Positions 62,259 through 64,000 of a stretch of DNA of 64,000 nt are shown piece by piece. This stretch comes from an uncultured archaeon (GTDB taxonomy: Archaea; Nanobdellota; Nanobdellia; Woesearchaeales; UBA9642). The notes under the pieces are model-generated. The model had not been told where the DNA came from. It searched no databases and saw nothing but the letters and a program-made list of their open reading frames with translations. Position 1 is the first letter of the stretch, and each line of letters begins with the position of its first letter. Location of the stretch: positions 1 to 64,000 of the forward strand of contig CAVZPN010000048.1 of assembly GCA_963777125.1 (NCBI GenBank), read 5' to 3'. A program made the translations under genes and the position numbers.

Positions 62259-63914
62259 TTATTCTTTAATATTCTTCTCTTCATAGTCAACTTTTTTAGA
62301 AGCAGTTTTTGATATTTTAGGATTGCTAGTCTTTTCATCTTTTTCTTTATTTTTCACAGGCTTTTTATCTAAATTATTGGCCATCCATGCACGTTTTTTA
62401 GCGTATTGAACAGGATTTTTAATACTTTTACATAATCCATCAGGATTACAAAATTGTGTATCAACCATATATCCTTTATTATCACAATTTGGAGCCATCA
62501 TCTTATCTTTATTATGACTTGCTTGTTGTTTATAGTATCTTAATTGACCACGAATATATGTTTCTCTTAATTGATCTGGCTTATTTTTAGTATTCCATTT
62601 TAATGCATACTCTTCTATCTGATCATATTCCCAATTAGCACTACTAAGAAAATTAATTAGTACAAGTAATGCTCTCTTTTTCCCATCATCAAGCCCTTGA
62701 GAAATCTTTTTTATACAAGGCGGGAAAAATTCTTCTGGAATCGGCGTAGTATCGAGTGCAATATTTTGTGAAGACATCTCTTTTTTTTCTTTAATCCACA
62801 TTTTTTGCATATCAGTTTTATGTTTTTGCTGTGTTTCTGACTTAAAATCAAATGCTTTTTGAAATAAATTTTCTGCTTCACCAGATTTAGCTTCAGTTCT
62901 TTCTAAAAATTTGTAAGGTTTAAATTTATTAACATCAGCTTCTTCCTTTTCAAATTTTAATATATGTTTAATATCAAATGGCATTGAAACTAAACCCGTT
63001 TTTTCGTGTAATGAATAAGGCATCCTAAATAAATGTCTTGAACTAATAAGAACAGTATCAACATTAACAATTGAAGATAAATCGAGTTCACTTTTAGTTT
63101 TATTTGAACCGCACTCACATAAAGCTTTTTTATTAGAATATTTATCCATAATCTTTTTACATTTAGGACAACTAATAAATTTCTTATCAACATCTTTTAA
63201 TTGATACTCACAATTCGGACAAACATACTCCACAAATCCGTCGTCAGATTTTAGATTAATTTTTTGCTTACAACTATCACATCGTAATAAAGTTAAATCT
63301 TTTTCAGTTTTGCCTGTTTCTTTTAACATCTTATCAAATTTCACATCAACCTTACCAAACCTAATAAGATTTTTTGTTAAATCGACATATATTAAATTCT
63401 CAGTAATATAATGTAATAAATATTCAGCAATTTTGCGTGGTCCTTCTGGAAAAATATTCTTTACATCAACGCCTAGAACTTTCTGCGGAAATGCTTCAAA
63501 TGGTACAGCAATATGAAAGCCTTTCCCACCAGAAAACTTGACGGTTACACAATTTATTCCATGATCTTTTAAAGCTTTAATAAAAACGTAAGTTGTTAGT
63601 TTACTAAAATTCCAATAAGGACAATCAATATCAAGAATCAAATCCCAGCCAGATCTTAATTCATCAAGTTCATTTCTTCTCAAATTTGCACTAATACTTA
63701 AAGGATTAGTCCATGTTTCTTCAGAACAATGTAAACTAGTACATCCTCTTTTAGCAGACTCTAAAATATCATTTTCATAAACTAAAACATCGGGTCTTTT
63801 ACCAAAACCATCACCAAATCTTACACCAATCTCTTTACCTTGAGCATGTTCTAGAATTAATTTTTGAACATCTTTTCTTTTATAATAAGACAATGATTCT
63901 GAAAGTGTAAGCAT
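62259..63914 (-). CDS. priS: Archaeo-eukaryotic primase catalytic subunit (PriS) with zinc ribbons and a long helical C-terminal extension
   Basis: WDLILDIDCP (D-x-D) and KFSGGKGFHIAVPFEAF (SGxRG-H) AEP motifs; several C-x-x-C pairs; 551 aa. Confidence 0.6.
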   Translation of the reverse strand: MLTLSESLSYYKRKDVQKLILEHAQGKEIGVRFGDGFGKRPDVLVYENDILESAKRGCTSLHCSEETWTNPLSISANLRRNELDELRSGWDLILDIDCPYWNFSKLTTYVFIKALKDHGINCVTVKFSGGKGFHIAVPFEAFPQKVLGVDVKNIFPEGPRKIAEYLLHYITENLIYVDLTKNLIRFGKVDVKFDKMLKETGKTEKDLTLLRCDSCKQKINLKSDDGFVEYVCPNCEYQLKDVDKKFISCPKCKKIMDKYSNKKALCECGSNKTKSELDLSSIVNVDTVLISSRHLFRMPYSLHEKTGLVSMPFDIKHILKFEKEEADVNKFKPYKFLERTEAKSGEAENLFQKAFDFKSETQQKHKTDMQKMWIKEKKEMSSQNIALDTTPIPEEFFPPCIKKISQGLDDGKKRALLVLINFLSSANWEYDQIEEYALKWNTKNKPDQLRETYIRGQLRYYKQQASHNKDKMMAPNCDNKGYMVDTQFCNPDGLCKSIKNPVQYAKKRAWMANNLDKKPVKNKEKDEKTSNPKISKTASKKVDYEEKNIKE

Positions 63915-64000
63915 AACAAGTTAGAATTAGAAGCGATTTATATAGGTTTTTATAGGTTGACTTGTGCAATTAAATACTAAACATAAAACATAAATTAAAG

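Overview
The window is gene-dense and AT-rich (roughly 27-30% GC by eye) and reads as an archaeal chromosome segment. Archaeal information-processing genes are recognisable from their motifs: PCNA, MCM, TBP with two repeats, Holliday junction resolvase Hjc, an extended archaeo-eukaryotic primase PriS, aRNase J, a class-II tRNA-Leu and ScpB. Lineage-restricted or bacterial-type genes sit among them: DNA gyrase A, QueA, an RsuA-type pseudouridine synthase, thymidine kinase, oligoendopeptidase F and a TldD/PmbA-like peptidase. Many short or Asn/Lys-rich hypothetical proteins are also present. The overall picture fits a small-genome, probably DPANN-like archaeon; this is an inference, as no taxonomy can be confirmed here. 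Accessory content includes a heavily N-sequon-rich surface protein with a lamin-tail domain, a GH15-like/GT28 gene pair, two paralogous tandem-Lrp regulators (one in an operon with a SAM methyltransferase), a K+-channel-like protein with a degenerate GYN filter, and a cluster of secreted or lipobox-bearing proteins beside an 887-bp ORF-free segment of higher GC. The most notable non-coding signal is a multi-hairpin structured element of about 140-190 nt present in three same-orientation copies at about 43.0, 51.3 and 55.5 kb. Its stems covary between copies, which points to a conserved RNA structure or a MITE-like repeat; related hairpin modules also follow the tRNA. Two tandem paralogous genes are translationally coupled to gyrA (a 1-nt stop/start overlap), and gyrB is absent from the window. 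The first 170 bp are a stack of unrelated simple repeats (T11, (AGGTGC)7, (AAAT)n, T12, C-tract) and are probably a contig edge or artefact. No CRISPR array, rRNA or clear transposase was seen.
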